From Gammaproteobacteria bacterium (GTDB lineage Bacteria > Pseudomonadota > Gammaproteobacteria > GCA-002705445 > GCA-002716945): a DNA stretch of 64,000 nt. This document shows, in pieces, positions 36,585 through 48,143 of the stretch (position 1 is its first letter; each line of letters opens with the position of its first letter). Under the pieces are notes generated by a model that made no database searches, was not told where the DNA came from, and saw only the letters and a program-made list of their open reading frames with translations. The translations under genes and the position numbers were made by a program. The stretch is from NCBI GenBank assembly GCA_038142325.1, contig JAYQJW010000002.1, forward strand, positions 96,001 to 160,000, given 5' to 3'.

Positions 36585-36899
36585 ATGGCAGATATCATAG
36601 ATCAACTAGAGCAGGTTCTTGATGAGAGAAAAGATGTAGAATCTGATAACTCTTATGTCGCCTCCTTATACAGTAAAGGCAATGGTTATATATGTGATAA
36701 AATTCTTGAGGAGGCATCTGAATTAGTAGAGGCATCAGAAGACACTACACAACGAGTTGTCCATGAAACTGCAGACTTATTGTTTCATGTGTTAGTTTTA
36801 TTAGCGTCACGAGATATTAAATATGCTAGGATAAAGGAAGAGCTTGAACGTAGATTTGGAACGTCTGGCATTGATGAGAAAAATAATAGAAATAATTGA
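36585..36899 (+). CDS. hisE: Phosphoribosyl-ATP pyrophosphatase
   Basis: SYVASLY, KILEEASE, HETADLLFH, RRFGTSGIDEK. Confidence 0.93.
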   Translation: MADIIDQLEQVLDERKDVESDNSYVASLYSKGNGYICDKILEEASELVEASEDTTQRVVHETADLLFHVLVLLASRDIKYARIKEELERRFGTSGIDEKNNRNN

Positions 36900-36908
36900 G
36901 GATTTAAT

Positions 36909-37098
36909 ATGCTAAGTGGTATTTCTCCATGGTCAATATTACTTATATTAATTATCGTTGTAGTTTTATTTGGCACTAAAAAAGTTAAGAAATATAGGTT
37001 CGGACTTAGGTGCAGCAATGAAAAGTTTTAAAAAATCGTCACGCGATGAGACAGCAAATAATAAAAGTATAGACGATAATAATCATAATAATACTTAG
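36909..37098 (+). CDS. tatA: Twin-arginine translocase TatA (extra A ~36980; not in ORF track)
   Basis: MLSGISPWSILLILIIVVVLFGTKK then LRNIGSDLGAAMKSFKK...*. Confidence 0.92.
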
Positions 37099-37100
37099 AA

Positions 37101-37373
37101 ATGTTCGATATAGGTTTTTGGGAGTTATTTTTTTTATTCCTTTTGGCGCTTTTTGTTCTTGGCCCTGAAAAGTTACCCGTTGTTGCCTCTTATCTTGGTA
37201 AACAATTCGGAAGGATACAGAAATATTTCAGCCATGTAAAAAATCAAATTGATGATGAGGTTGATAATACTGATATAAAATCAATATTAAAAGATCTGGA
37301 ATTGTCGATCTCCGAGCTGCAAAAACGAATCAAAGAAACACAAGATGCCGACAGAACAGACAAATCAAAATAA
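37101..37373 (+). CDS. tatB: TatB
   Basis: MFDIGFWEL...VLGPEKLP. Confidence 0.92.
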   Translation: MFDIGFWELFFLFLLALFVLGPEKLPVVASYLGKQFGRIQKYFSHVKNQIDDEVDNTDIKSILKDLELSISELQKRIKETQDADRTDKSK

Positions 37374-38097
37374 AAGTTCATTTATACCCCATCTACTTGA
37401 ACTAAGAGGAAGATTAACCAAGATACTACTTTTCGTATTAGTTATTTTTGTTTTACTCATACCATTCTCTGGTGATATTTATAACCTATTGTCTGTACCT
37501 CTACTTAATGCATTACCAGATGGAAGTGAAATGATTGCTATAGATGTTGCATCACCATTTCTGATACCGTTTAAGCTTGTAATATATTTATCAATTTTTA
37601 TCACGATACCTTACATCCTCTATCACCTGTGGTCTTTTATTGCACCAGGTTTATATACACATGAAAAAAAATTGGTTTTCCCTCTAATTGTGTCAAGTAG
37701 TTTTTTATTTTATCTGGGTGCCTTGTTTGCATATTTTGTTGTCTTCCCATTAATATTTGTTTTCTTTATAGGCATAGCGCCGACAGATGTAGCTGTAATG
37801 ACCGATATTGGAAGATATCTTGACTTTGTAATCGCACTATTTTTCGCATTTGGTTTTTCTTTTGAAGTTCCCATTGTCACTGTACTTCTTATTACATCAG
37901 GAATTACTACTAGAGAAAAATTATCCGCAAAGAGACCATATATTATCGTAGGTGCTTTTACTTTAGGGATGTTATTAACACCACCTGATGTAATTTCACA
38001 AATATTATTAGCGTTACCAATGTGGTTCTTATATGAGTTAGGTTTATATTTTTCTAAATATTTTCAAAGTAAGAAACTTTTCAAAACAAAAAGATAA
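37345..38097 (+). CDS. tatC: TatC
   Basis: HLLELR, FIAPGLY, FEVP, LTPPDVISQ. Confidence 0.96.
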   Translation: MPTEQTNQNKSSFIPHLLELRGRLTKILLFVLVIFVLLIPFSGDIYNLLSVPLLNALPDGSEMIAIDVASPFLIPFKLVIYLSIFITIPYILYHLWSFIAPGLYTHEKKLVFPLIVSSSFLFYLGALFAYFVVFPLIFVFFIGIAPTDVAVMTDIGRYLDFVIALFFAFGFSFEVPIVTVLLITSGITTREKLSAKRPYIIVGAFTLGMLLTPPDVISQILLALPMWFLYELGLYFSKYFQSKKLFKTKR

Positions 38098-38127
38098 CGA
38101 AGTGTATAATGATATTGCAAAATAGTT

Positions 38128-38681
38128 ATGACTGAAGCCAAAAGAAAGATCTGGTTTGTGCGACATGCGCAATCTGAATACAATAAGAAACATCTTTTTA
38201 CTGGCTGGCACGATCCCAATCTCACAAAGATAAAGGCATAGAGGCAGCATTAAATTTAAGAGAAGAACTTTCGCCAATAGATTTTAATTATGTTTTTTGT
38301 TCTCCCTTAAAAAGGGCTTCACAAACAGTACAGCGTATTACAGACAAGGATAAAGTAATTTATGATGATCGTCTTAAAGAAAGGAGTTATGGTGATTGGG
38401 CTGGTTTAAACAAGACTGAAATTAAGGAAAAGGTTGGAGAAGATTTATTTTTATCAGCACGTCGTGGATGGAGTACTAAACCTCCTAATGGGGAAAGTCT
38501 TGAAGATGTAAGCAAAAGAGTAAAGAGTTTCTTAGATGCTCTCCCAGATGTAGGTAATATTTTAGTAGTTTCACATGGAAATACGATAAGGGCCATAAGT
38601 GTTCTTTTAGGTATTAATAAAAAGGAAGACATTTCTTCTTATGAGATTGTTACAGGTAGTTATTTACTAGTTGATAAATAG
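38128..38681 (+). CDS. gpmA: Cofactor-dependent phosphoglycerate mutase (histidine phosphatase family; indel ~38228; not in ORF track)
   Basis: MTEAKRKIWFVRHAQSEYNKKHLFTGWHDPNLT then SPLKRA, LKERSYGDWAGLNK, PPNGESLED, VVSHGNTIRA. Confidence 0.82.
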
Positions 38682-38705
38682 AGCTAACTTCATGTTAGCT
38701 CTATT
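38677..38705. terminator. 12-bp hairpin between convergent gpmA and DUF3050
   Basis: AATAGAGCTAAC-ttcat-GTTAGCTCTATT perfect inverted repeat. Confidence 0.7.
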
Positions 38706-38724
38706 ATACGGAGGAGGTTGTATA
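38705..38724 (-). other. Short hairpin with anti-SD loop (candidate sRNA element)
   Basis: Minus strand TATAC-AACCTCCTCC-GTATA directly upstream of the terminator hairpin. Confidence 0.35.
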
Positions 38725-38743
38725 TAAGTATATTAACATATAG

Positions 38744-39518
38744 TTATACATATTCAAGTCTAATTTGTGCATAGACTCTATCCCAAACCTTTAGTCTCAA
38801 CTCGAGAGATGTGACTGCTGAACTATATGCTGTACACATTAATGTAGGAGTATCGCAAACGTTATTAAGAAGAGATAGAGATAATGGCCCATGTCTTTCA
38901 CCATCAACAACTATATGCCTTTCCAAATACGCTTTTAAGTATTTTATTTTTTTATCATTATTGAGTGACTGTAAAATATATTTAAACATATTTGGTATTA
39001 CTTTTTCTCTACCAAGTGTAAATACACCAACAAGCTGAGCTAAGCTGCCAGATGAAGCTATCCTTAAATCATGTTTTAAAAAATCCTTAACTTCTTTGTA
39101 GATATTTATTTTTTTTAGGTTAGAGACAATGTTGTTATTATTTTTCATAAGTTTTATAAATTTCATTAATTCATTTGGATTCGCATTAATGTTTTTCATA
39201 GCAAGCATGTAAATTTCAAAATGTGATATGTAACCAATTCCATCAATGTAATCAGATTCTTCACCTAAAATAATCTCATTGACAAAGTTAGCTAATCCAT
39301 TTCTTGTATTTGTATTCGGTATCCATGGGATATTTTGAGGAGTTATTTTTATTTGTATTTTTTTTAGCAAACTCATGAAACCCCAAACAGCAAAAATATG
39401 AGCTTCCATGAAGAGTTTTAATTCATTTTTATCTAAATTATTTTTGAATAGCGGATGTTTATTGATCCTCATCTTTCAAAGAGGCAAGTTCTTTTTTATG
39501 ATTTTGAAGACTATCCAT
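38744..39518 (-). CDS. DUF3050 protein (heme-oxygenase-like helical fold); probable true start 39518 with an indel ~39467
   Basis: HPLF, FMEAHIFAVWGFMSLLK, NEIILGEESD, SHFEIY, GREKVIP, YLERHIVVDGERHGP; upstream frame MDSLQNHKKELASLKDE. Confidence 0.85.
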
Positions 39519-39527
39519 ATCTTGTAA

Positions 39528-39601
39528 TGGGCCCGGCAGGACTCGAACCTGCGACCAATGGATTATGAGTCCACTGCTCTAACCAACTGAGCTACAGGCC
39601 C
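39528..39601 (-). tRNA. tRNA-Ile2 (anticodon CAT, lysidine type); CCA not encoded
   Basis: GGGCCTGTAGCTCAGTTGGTTAGAGCAGTGGACTCATAATCCATTGGTCGCAGGTTCGAGTCCTGCCGGGCCCA; resembles E. coli ileX, which also lies downstream of rpoD. Confidence 0.92.
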
Positions 39602-39609
39602 TTGATTAA

Positions 39610-40076
39610 TTATAAAATCATATTTCTCTTTTTCCGTATGTATTTTTGATGGTATTCCTCTGCAATCCAGAAACTTTTTGCCATCGATACTAGCAGTTAC
39701 AATTTTATTATTATATTTTTCTGCATTAATTTGTCTAATATAGGCATCAGCTATCAAATATTGATCATCATCTAAACAGAAAATTTCTGATCTATATTGA
39801 GTCCCTATATCCGGACCCTGTCTATTTAGTGTAGTTGGGTCATGGATTGAAAAAAATAACTCTAATAAGTCTCGTGTATTTTATTTTATTATCATCGAAC
39901 TTTATTCTGACAGCTTCTGCCTGTTCAGTTGTCCCACTACAGACATCATGATATGTTGGATTTTCAGTTATGCCACCTGTGTAACCAACTTCTGTTTCTA
40001 AAACACCTGGATAGGATAAGAATTTTTCTTCTATTCCCCAAAAGCATCCTGCAGCAAATATTGCTAAATTAGTCAT
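39610..40076 (-). CDS. msrA: Peptide methionine sulfoxide reductase MsrA (2-3 indels)
   Basis: [22 protein letters not shown]; later frames give [22 protein letters not shown] and [11 protein letters not shown]. Confidence 0.92.
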
Positions 40077-41883
40077 TATCGAGAAAGCTCTTAAGGTTCT
40101 GTGCTCTCGACGGATGTCTAAGTTTTCTTAGCGCTTTGGCTTCAATTTGTCTTATTCTCTCTCTTGTTACGTCAAATTGTTTGCCAACTTCTTCAAGTGT
40201 ATGATCAGTATTCATGTCAATGCCGAATCTCATTCTCAACACTTTTGCCTCTCTAGGAGTCAAACTGGATAATATGTCATGAGTTGAATCTGAGAGATCT
40301 TTATTTATTGTTTTATCAAGTGGCTTCTCTGCATTTTCATCTTCGATAAAATCACCTAAATGAGAATCCTCATCATCACCCACAGGTGACTCCATAGATA
40401 TTGGTTCCTTTGCAATTTTAAGAACTCTTCTAACTTTCTCTTCAGTCATGTCCATATGTTCTGCTAATTCTTCAGGCGTTGCTTCTTTACCATTTTCCTG
40501 AAGTAATTTTCGTTGGATTCTATTCAGTTTATTAATGGTTTCGATCATATGCACTGGTATTCTTATTGTTCTTGCTTGATCAGCTATTGACCTTGTAATT
40601 GCTTGCCTAATCCACCATGTTGCATATGTTGAGAACTTATACCCGCGCCTGTATTCAAACTTATCAACTGCTTTCATTAAACCAATATTGCCTTCTTGAA
40701 TTAAATCAAGAAATTGTAGGCCACGATTCGTGTATTTTTTAGCAATTGATATCACTAGTCTAAGGTTAGCTTCTACCATTTCTTTTTTTGCATTTCTCTC
40801 TTTTATTTCACCAGATCTTCTATCTTTGTTTATAATTTTGATATCTTGAATTGTTAGCTTTTGGTTATTTTCAATTAATACTAATTTTTTATTTATCTTA
40901 GAAAATTCTTTTTTAAATAATTCTTTATCAGTTGAGGTTTTAAGATGACTATTTAGAATCTGATTTAAGATATCAATATTTGTCTCATTATTTTTAAATA
41001 TTTTTAAGAATTCCTTTTTATTTAATGTTGTATATTCCGTACATAAGGAATATAAATCTTTTTCATATTTTGCTATATCAGATGATATATTCTCGATTCT
41101 TCCTGTTAGCTTTTCTATAAATAGACTTGTAAATTTAAAAGTAGATAATTCTTTCTTAATATTATCAAATAACTTATCAGCTTTTTTTTGATCCTTTTGA
41201 GATTTAAACTTTTCGTAATTCTCTTTAATGAATATTATCTTTTGTCTTACAAGTTCTTGATCAATTGAATTGTCAACTATTTCGTCATCAGAATCTTCTA
41301 TATCATCATCTTCTGGAATCTGCTCTGTTTTAAATTCTTCACCATGTTTTTCTTTAACATCAAGAATGTAATCTGATATTAGGGATTCAATTTCTTCATC
41401 ATCCTTAAATATTTTTAAAAAAAAGTTTATGGATTCTGGAAATTTTTGTATTGCTTGATAAATTAATTTTTGTCCCTCTTCAATTTTTTTTGCAATCACT
41501 ATTTCGCCAGCACGATTTAATAGCTCTACAGTGCCCATCTCTCTCATATACATTCTTACTGGGTCTGATGTTCTTCCAAATTCTTCGTCTAAATTAGACA
41601 AAACTTCAACAGCTTCTTGTTCTGTTATCTCATTATCATCGTCGTCTGACAATTCATCGTCACTGAGCACAACCTCTGTTTCAATATCCTTATTGCTTTC
41701 GACAACTTTAATTTTAAGGTCAGTTATTAACTTGATAATTCCATCAATCTGATCGCTGTCATAAGAATTTGTTGGAAGTAAATCATTTATCTCGCTAAGT
41801 GTTAAAAACCCTTGGTTTCTACCTTTCTCTATTAGATCTTTTATCTCTTTTTGTTTGCTTTTAGATAAATTATTGTTTGGCAT
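40069..41883 (-). CDS. rpoD: RNA polymerase sigma-70
   Basis: [59 protein letters not shown]. Confidence 0.98.
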   Translation of the reverse strand: MPNNNLSKSKQKEIKDLIEKGRNQGFLTLSEINDLLPTNSYDSDQIDGIIKLITDLKIKVVESNKDIETEVVLSDDELSDDDDNEITEQEAVEVLSNLDEEFGRTSDPVRMYMREMGTVELLNRAGEIVIAKKIEEGQKLIYQAIQKFPESINFFLKIFKDDEEIESLISDYILDVKEKHGEEFKTEQIPEDDDIEDSDDEIVDNSIDQELVRQKIIFIKENYEKFKSQKDQKKADKLFDNIKKELSTFKFTSLFIEKLTGRIENISSDIAKYEKDLYSLCTEYTTLNKKEFLKIFKNNETNIDILNQILNSHLKTSTDKELFKKEFSKINKKLVLIENNQKLTIQDIKIINKDRRSGEIKERNAKKEMVEANLRLVISIAKKYTNRGLQFLDLIQEGNIGLMKAVDKFEYRRGYKFSTYATWWIRQAITRSIADQARTIRIPVHMIETINKLNRIQRKLLQENGKEATPEELAEHMDMTEEKVRRVLKIAKEPISMESPVGDDEDSHLGDFIEDENAEKPLDKTINKDLSDSTHDILSSLTPREAKVLRMRFGIDMNTDHTLEEVGKQFDVTRERIRQIEAKALRKLRHPSRAQNLKSFLDND

Positions 41884-41910
41884 TGATATATTCTTCTGTG
41901 AAAGTGAGCT

Positions 41911-41919
41911 ATTATATCA
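41911..41919 (-). promoter_or_regulatory. Extended -10 for rpoD
   Basis: Minus strand TGaTATAAT about 27 nt upstream of the rpoD ATG. Confidence 0.5.
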
Positions 41920-42000
41920 TCAATAGTTTTGTATATAATAGCAAATTTAAACTAATTCCTACTAAATCTAGGGATGAATAACTTTTTTTCAAGATACTAG

Positions 42001-42552
42001 ATGGTTGAAACTTACACACCGGTTTGTGATTTAGATGTAAAAGCCTCCTCATTTGAGCTTAAGGGCGTAGATGGAAATCTATATACTTTGGATAGTTTGA
42101 TAGGCACTAAAGCTACCTTAATAATGTTCATATGTAATCATTGCCCATATGTTAAATCCATACTTGAGCAATTAGTTGTTGAAGTAAGCGTCATGCAAAA
42201 GAAGGGAATCAGCTGTGTTGCTATAAACTCAAATGATTATGATCAATATCCAGATGACTCTTTTGAAAATATGAAAATAATCTCTAAAAAATTTGGTTTT
42301 AGTTTCCCTTACCTTCTTGATGAAACTCAAAAAGTAGCACAAGAGTACAAGGCAGTTTGTACCCCTGACTTTTTTGGTTTCGATCAAAAGCTTAATCTTC
42401 TGTATCGTGGTAGATTTGATGATAGGAAAATGTCTAAGCAAATGTCCGCAAATTCAAGCGAACTATTTAAAGGTATGATTGAAATTGCTCGAACAGGCAA
42501 ACAGCCGATAAATCAGATACCTAGTGTAGGGTGCTCAATCAAATGGAGATAA
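42001..42552 (+). CDS. Thioredoxin-like / AhpC-TSA redoxin
   Basis: [44 protein letters not shown]. Confidence 0.9.
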   Translation: MVETYTPVCDLDVKASSFELKGVDGNLYTLDSLIGTKATLIMFICNHCPYVKSILEQLVVEVSVMQKKGISCVAINSNDYDQYPDDSFENMKIISKKFGFSFPYLLDETQKVAQEYKAVCTPDFFGFDQKLNLLYRGRFDDRKMSKQMSANSSELFKGMIEIARTGKQPINQIPSVGCSIKWR

Positions 42553-42553
42553 T

Positions 42554-44548
42554 ATGAACAATAAAATAATCTCTAATGCGATTAGATTTCTTAGTCTAGA
42601 TGCAGTTAACGCAGCAAATTCAGGCCATCCTGGTGCACCTATGGGTATGGCAGACATTGCAACCGTTCTATGGAGAGAATTTTTAAAACACAATCCAAAG
42701 AATCCTAACTGGTTTAATAGAGACAGATTTGTTCTATCAAATGGCCATGGGTCAATGCTTTTATACTCTCTTCTTCATCTCACTGGTTACAAATTATCTA
42801 TCAATGATATTAAAAATTTTAGACAACTACACTCACGTACCCCAGGACATCCTGAGTGCGATATAACCGAGGGTGTTGAAACTACTACTGGTCCATTAGG
42901 ACAAGGACTTGCAAATGCTGTGGGCATGGCAATTGCTGAGAAAAATCTAGCTGCAGAATATAATAGAAATGGTCATAAAATCATTGATCACTACACATAT
43001 GTCTTTGCAGGTGATGGCTGTTTAATGGAAGGAGTATCTCATGAGGCATCCTCATTAGCAGGCACATTGAAGCTTAATAAATTAATTGTTTTTTATGATA
43101 TGAATCAAATATCTATAGATGGAGATGTAAACGGTTGGTTTACTGAGGATATTCCATCACGCTTTGAAAGCTATGGTTGGAATGTAATTAAAAATATTAA
43201 TGGACATGATTTTTCAAATATCAGAAATGCGATCAAATCAGCAAAAGCTGAAAAAGAAAGACCAACTTTGATTTGCTGTAAAACTGTAATTGGTTATGGT
43301 TCTCCTAAATTTCAAGGCACATCTAAAGCTCATGGTGCACCATTAGGAATAGATGAAGCTAAGATAATCAGGGAAAAATTAAACTGGCCTCATGCGCCTT
43401 TTAAAATTCCAAAAGACATATATCAGAGCTGGGATGCCACAAAGAAGGGAAAAAAGTTGGAAGAATTATGGACTACAAAGATTAGTAAATATAAAAAAGA
43501 GTTCAGCAAAGAATATAAAGAGTTAAATAGAAGAATTAAGCGCATTAATACTCACACATCCCTAGCTAAACTTAGTGAATTTATGCACAAGTCACATAAA
43601 CCAATGGCTACAAGAAAATCTTCACAAGTAGTGATGTCAGAATTTGGTAATTTAGTTCCCGAGCTCATTGGCGGTTCAGCAGATCTAAAAGGTTCAAATC
43701 TTTCTTATTATGATGAAATGAAAGCTTTTTCAAATGAGAACCCAACAGGTAAATACATATACTATGGAGTAAGAGAGTTTGGAATGTCTGCAATATCAAA
43801 CGGAATTTTTCTACATGGAGCGATGAGACCATTTGCAAGTACGTTTTTGATATTTTCTGAGTATGCAAAAAATGCAATTAGAATGTCAGCGCTGATGAAA
43901 TTACCTATTGTTTACATATTCACGCATGACTCAATTGGGCTTGGTGAGGATGGACCAACACATCAAGCTGTAGAACAGTTATCATCACTTCGGCTTGTTC
44001 CTGATTTGGATGTGTGGAGACCGGCAGATACACAAGAAACCGCTGCAGGTTGGATTGCGGCATTAACATCTACTGAAAGGCCATTGGCATTTGCTTTATC
44101 AAGGCAAACTCTTCATGAAATACCAAAAACCAAGTCACAAATAAATAATATCTCTAAAGGTGGTTATGTAGTTTGTGGAAGTTCAGGAGATCCAGATGCA
44201 ATAGTTATTGCTACAGGCTCTGAAGTTTCATTAGCTGTGGATGCTGCAGATCAATTGAGGAAAAAAGACTTGAATATTAGAGTTATTTCAATGCCATGTC
44301 AGGAACTTTTTCTAAGACAATCAGATAGTTATATCAATAAATGTATACCTGATAGTTTTGAGAATATTCTTGCTATAGAATCCGGTGTTGGTGATTCATG
44401 GCATAAATTTACTGGTAAGACAGGCGCCACATTAACTATGGATACATTTGGACTTTCGGGTACGGGTGAAGATGTGATGGAGCATTTTGGATTTACAGTT
44501 AAAAATATAAAGAAAAAAATTATAAATTTAATCAACAAAAATAGGTGA
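42554..44548 (+). CDS. tkt: Transketolase
   Basis: [46 protein letters not shown]. Confidence 0.97.
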   Translation: MNNKIISNAIRFLSLDAVNAANSGHPGAPMGMADIATVLWREFLKHNPKNPNWFNRDRFVLSNGHGSMLLYSLLHLTGYKLSINDIKNFRQLHSRTPGHPECDITEGVETTTGPLGQGLANAVGMAIAEKNLAAEYNRNGHKIIDHYTYVFAGDGCLMEGVSHEASSLAGTLKLNKLIVFYDMNQISIDGDVNGWFTEDIPSRFESYGWNVIKNINGHDFSNIRNAIKSAKAEKERPTLICCKTVIGYGSPKFQGTSKAHGAPLGIDEAKIIREKLNWPHAPFKIPKDIYQSWDATKKGKKLEELWTTKISKYKKEFSKEYKELNRRIKRINTHTSLAKLSEFMHKSHKPMATRKSSQVVMSEFGNLVPELIGGSADLKGSNLSYYDEMKAFSNENPTGKYIYYGVREFGMSAISNGIFLHGAMRPFASTFLIFSEYAKNAIRMSALMKLPIVYIFTHDSIGLGEDGPTHQAVEQLSSLRLVPDLDVWRPADTQETAAGWIAALTSTERPLAFALSRQTLHEIPKTKSQINNISKGGYVVCGSSGDPDAIVIATGSEVSLAVDAADQLRKKDLNIRVISMPCQELFLRQSDSYINKCIPDSFENILAIESGVGDSWHKFTGKTGATLTMDTFGLSGTGEDVMEHFGFTVKNIKKKIINLINKNR

Positions 44549-44551
44549 ACA

Positions 44552-45559
44552 ATGACAATAAGAGTAGCTATAAATGGTTTTGGGCGTATTGGTAGAAATA
44601 TCTTAAGGGCAAAATATGAAAATGATAAATTTGATGATATAGAGATTGTAGCTATTAATGATTTAGGTGACAGTAGTATTAATGCCCATTTATTAATTCA
44701 TGATACTGTTCACGGAAAGTTTCAAAAGAGCGTTGAAGTAAAAGATAATAAAATTCTAATTGATCAAAAAGACGAAATACTTGTAATTTCTGAGAGAGAC
44801 CCTAAAAGCTTACCATGGAGCAAGCTTGATATAGATGTAGTTTATGAATGTACTGGGATCTTCGTTTCTAAAGAAAAAGCAGGACTACATATAGAGGCTG
44901 GTGCAAAAAAAGTTATCATTTCAGCTCCTGGTAAAAATGTTGACAATACAGTTGTGTATGGAGTCAATCACGAAACATTGACTGAAAATCATCAAGTTAT
45001 TTCGAATGCATCATGTACAACTAATTGTCTTGCAACTGTAATAAAAAATATTCATAAAACACTTGAGATTACAAATGGACTTATGACTACTGTTCATGCC
45101 TATACTAATGACCAGGTTTTAACTGATGTTTATCATACAGATTTAAGAAGAGCAAGATCAGCAACTCAATCAATGATTCCAACAAAAACAGGTGCAGCAG
45201 CAGCTGTTGGATTAGTTATGCCAGATCTAAATGGAAAACTTGATGGTTTCGCTATTAGAGTTCCAACTACAAACGTCTCAATAGTTGACTTATGTTTTAA
45301 TACTAAAAAAACATCATCTTTAGATGAAATAAATAATCTTGTACTTCAATCATCTGAAAATGATATGAAAGGTATTGTTGGCTATAATAACTTGCCTCTA
45401 GTTTCTGTTGATTTTAATCATTCATCATTCTCATCTGTTTTTGATGAAGGCCTCACGAGAGTTTCTGAAAATAAGCTTTATAAGATATGTGCATGGTATG
45501 ACAATGAGTGGGGATTTTCGAATCGCATGTTAGACGTTACAAAACATTGGATAGGTTAA
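44552..45559 (+). CDS. gap: Glyceraldehyde-3-phosphate dehydrogenase
   Basis: [29 protein letters not shown]. Confidence 0.96.
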   Translation: MTIRVAINGFGRIGRNILRAKYENDKFDDIEIVAINDLGDSSINAHLLIHDTVHGKFQKSVEVKDNKILIDQKDEILVISERDPKSLPWSKLDIDVVYECTGIFVSKEKAGLHIEAGAKKVIISAPGKNVDNTVVYGVNHETLTENHQVISNASCTTNCLATVIKNIHKTLEITNGLMTTVHAYTNDQVLTDVYHTDLRRARSATQSMIPTKTGAAAAVGLVMPDLNGKLDGFAIRVPTTNVSIVDLCFNTKKTSSLDEINNLVLQSSENDMKGIVGYNNLPLVSVDFNHSSFSSVFDEGLTRVSENKLYKICAWYDNEWGFSNRMLDVTKHWIG

Positions 45560-45560
45560 T

Positions 45561-46691
45561 TTGCTATTAGAGGATATAACATCCAAGAGAGTCCTTATAA
45601 GATTTGACTACAATGTGCCTATGAGTGAAGGCAAGATAGTTAATGACTTTAGGATTAGGCAATCTTATGAAACTATTAATGCATTACTTCAACAAGACAA
45701 TAAATTAATTATTGCATCACACCTTGGAAGACCGACTGAAGGACAGCATGACTCATCACTTTCAGTTTTGCCTGTCTGTAATTATGTCTCTGAAAAATTA
45801 AACCAAAAAATTAAGTTCATTCCAAATTTTACTGATTCTATAAGTTTTGATGATTATCATATTGCTATGCTTGAGAACGTTAGATTTAATATTGGTGAAA
45901 AAGCATGCGATAAAGACTTATCTAAAAGTCTAGCTTCTATAGCAGATATATTTGTTTTTGATGCTTTTGGTGTAGCTCATAGAAAAGAATGTTCAACATA
46001 TGGTTTATCAGATTATTTAGATACAGCTGCAGGTCTAAATTTCAGACATGAAATATCAACAATAAATAAACTTGTTAATGAAGAGTCTCGACCTAAAACA
46101 ATAATAATTTCAGGCGCTAAAGTTTCTACAAAAATAGTAGTAATAAAAAAACTACTTGAAAAATGTGATCATATGATTCTTGGCGGCGGAATACTTAATA
46201 CTTTTTTAAAAGCAAAAGGATACGAAATTGGTCAGTCATTAATAGAAGAGAGTTCAATAGGTTTGGCAGAAGATATACTTAATTCTGATCTTTCATCAAA
46301 GATATTTATTCCAACCGATTTCACATGCCAGACTGATTCACAAATTTCAAATATAGAACTAAATCATATTTCTAATGCCGACACTATATATGATTTGGGT
46401 GATAAGAGCTCTGTCAATTTAATAGAAATTATAAATAAATCATCTTCAATATTTTGGAATGGGCCACTTGGATATGTAGAAAAAAAACCTTTTGATAGAT
46501 CAACAAATTCAATAGCAAATGCAATCGCTCAACATAATTGTTTTTCTATAGTTGGCGGTGGTGATACACTACCGATTATCGAAAATTTAAACTTACAAAA
46601 TGATTTTACTTGTTTATCAACAGGCGGAGGATCACTTTTGACATATATAGAAAATGAAACATTACCAATATTAGACAAATTAAATATATAA
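45561..46691 (+). CDS. pgk: Phosphoglycerate kinase
   Basis: DYNVP, SHLGRP, LENVRF, DAFGVAHR, WNGPLG, GGGDT, STGGG. Confidence 0.95.
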   Translation: MLLEDITSKRVLIRFDYNVPMSEGKIVNDFRIRQSYETINALLQQDNKLIIASHLGRPTEGQHDSSLSVLPVCNYVSEKLNQKIKFIPNFTDSISFDDYHIAMLENVRFNIGEKACDKDLSKSLASIADIFVFDAFGVAHRKECSTYGLSDYLDTAAGLNFRHEISTINKLVNEESRPKTIIISGAKVSTKIVVIKKLLEKCDHMILGGGILNTFLKAKGYEIGQSLIEESSIGLAEDILNSDLSSKIFIPTDFTCQTDSQISNIELNHISNADTIYDLGDKSSVNLIEIINKSSSIFWNGPLGYVEKKPFDRSTNSIANAIAQHNCFSIVGGGDTLPIIENLNLQNDFTCLSTGGGSLLTYIENETLPILDKLNI

Positions 46692-46692
46692 A

Positions 46693-48131
46693 ATGAAAAA
46701 AAGAACGAAAATTATTGCAACTCTTGGCCCATCATCAACTTCACCTACTAAAATTGCGAAGATGATAGAAGCTGGGACAGATGTATTTAGAATCAATCTT
46801 TCACATACATCAGTGGAAGATACAAAAAAAATTATATCCTTAGTTAGAAATCAAGAGAGTAACTTTAACAGACCAGTAGCAATTATGATCGATCTTCAAG
46901 GGCAGAAGGTTAGGATCAAAAGTTTCGGTAAATTGCCATTCGTTATGCTAAAAACCCATGACAGTTTCATCATTGACTCTTCTTTAGGTGAAAATGGTAC
47001 CTCAAAAAAAGTTGGAGTTACTTTCAAGGATTTATATAAGAATGTCAAAGCAGGCAATGAATTACTTTTGAGTGATGCTTTAATAAAGTTAAGAGTCGAT
47101 AAAGTTAACGCAAAAAAATTTACACAACTGTTTTAAGAGGTGGAAAGCTTAAACCTTATCAAGGAGTGAATAAAAAAGGTGGCGGTTTATCACTATCAGG
47201 TATTACTAACAAAGATAAGTCAGACCTAAAAAAATCACTTCCACTTGAATATGATTATGTTGCAGTGTCGTTTGTTCAAGATGAGAAAGATATAAATGAA
47301 ATCAAAAAAATACTTAAAAATAAAGATGTCAAAATAATTGCAAAGATAGAAAGAAATGAAGCAATAAAGAATATTGATAAGATTACCAGAGCAGCGGATG
47401 GATTACTTGTAGCTAGAGGGGATCTAGGTGTAGAGATTGGTATTGAGCAGCTTCCAGCCACACAAAAACTACTCATTAGAAAAGCGATATCTTTTGATAA
47501 AATTGTTATTGTTGCAACGCAAATGATGGAATCTATGATTAAAAATAGAGTTCCAACTAGAGCGGAAGTATTTGATGTTGCTAACGCTGTTACATCTGGA
47601 GTAGATGCTATTATGTTTTCTGCAGAGACGGCGATTGGTAAATATCCATCTGATGTAATATCTGAAGCAAGTAGAATTTGTGTTGAGTCTGAAGGAGCAT
47701 ACATAAGACCATTATCTGTAGACAGAGTTGTTCCTAAAACACTTCCAGTGGATCAGGTCATTGCATTATCTGCTGTATATAGCGCGAAACTTACAAAAGT
47801 TGTAGCTATTGCTGCACTTACAGAAACTGGTTCAACTGCTTTATGGATGTCTAGAGTACAATCTAATATTCCGATTTACGCAATGACCCAAAACATTAAA
47901 ACAAGTAGACGGATATGTCTTTATAAAGGAGTGCAATCGATAAAGCTAGATAAACTTGAAGAGAATCATGCACAAGCAAATTTGCAAGTTATCTCATTAA
48001 TGAAAGAAATTGGCACAGTGAAAAAAGGAGACTTAGTAATTATTACAAAGGGTGACCTGCTTGGTACAAGTGGTGGAACTAATGCAATGAAAGTTGTTGA
48101 GGTTGGTAATATGATTGAGATTAATAATTAG
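46693..48131 (+). CDS. pyk: Pyruvate kinase (frameshift in A-run ~47115)
   Basis: RTKIIATLGP, RINLSH; AKIER, VARGDLGVE, ATQMMESM, PTRAEVFDV. Confidence 0.94.
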
Positions 48132-48143
48132 GGAGAAATACAA

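Noticed and set aside
38744-39601. Genomic island integrated at the tRNA
   Set aside because: No integrase, no duplicated tRNA 3' end and no obvious compositional shift; only one gene follows the tRNA.
39528-39601. tRNA-Met or tRNA-fMet
   Set aside because: No C1:A72 mismatch or triple G-C anticodon stem; sequence and position after rpoD match Ile2.
39563-39757. 64-aa ORF running into the tRNA
   Set aside because: It is a frameshifted piece of the msrA 3' region, not a separate gene.
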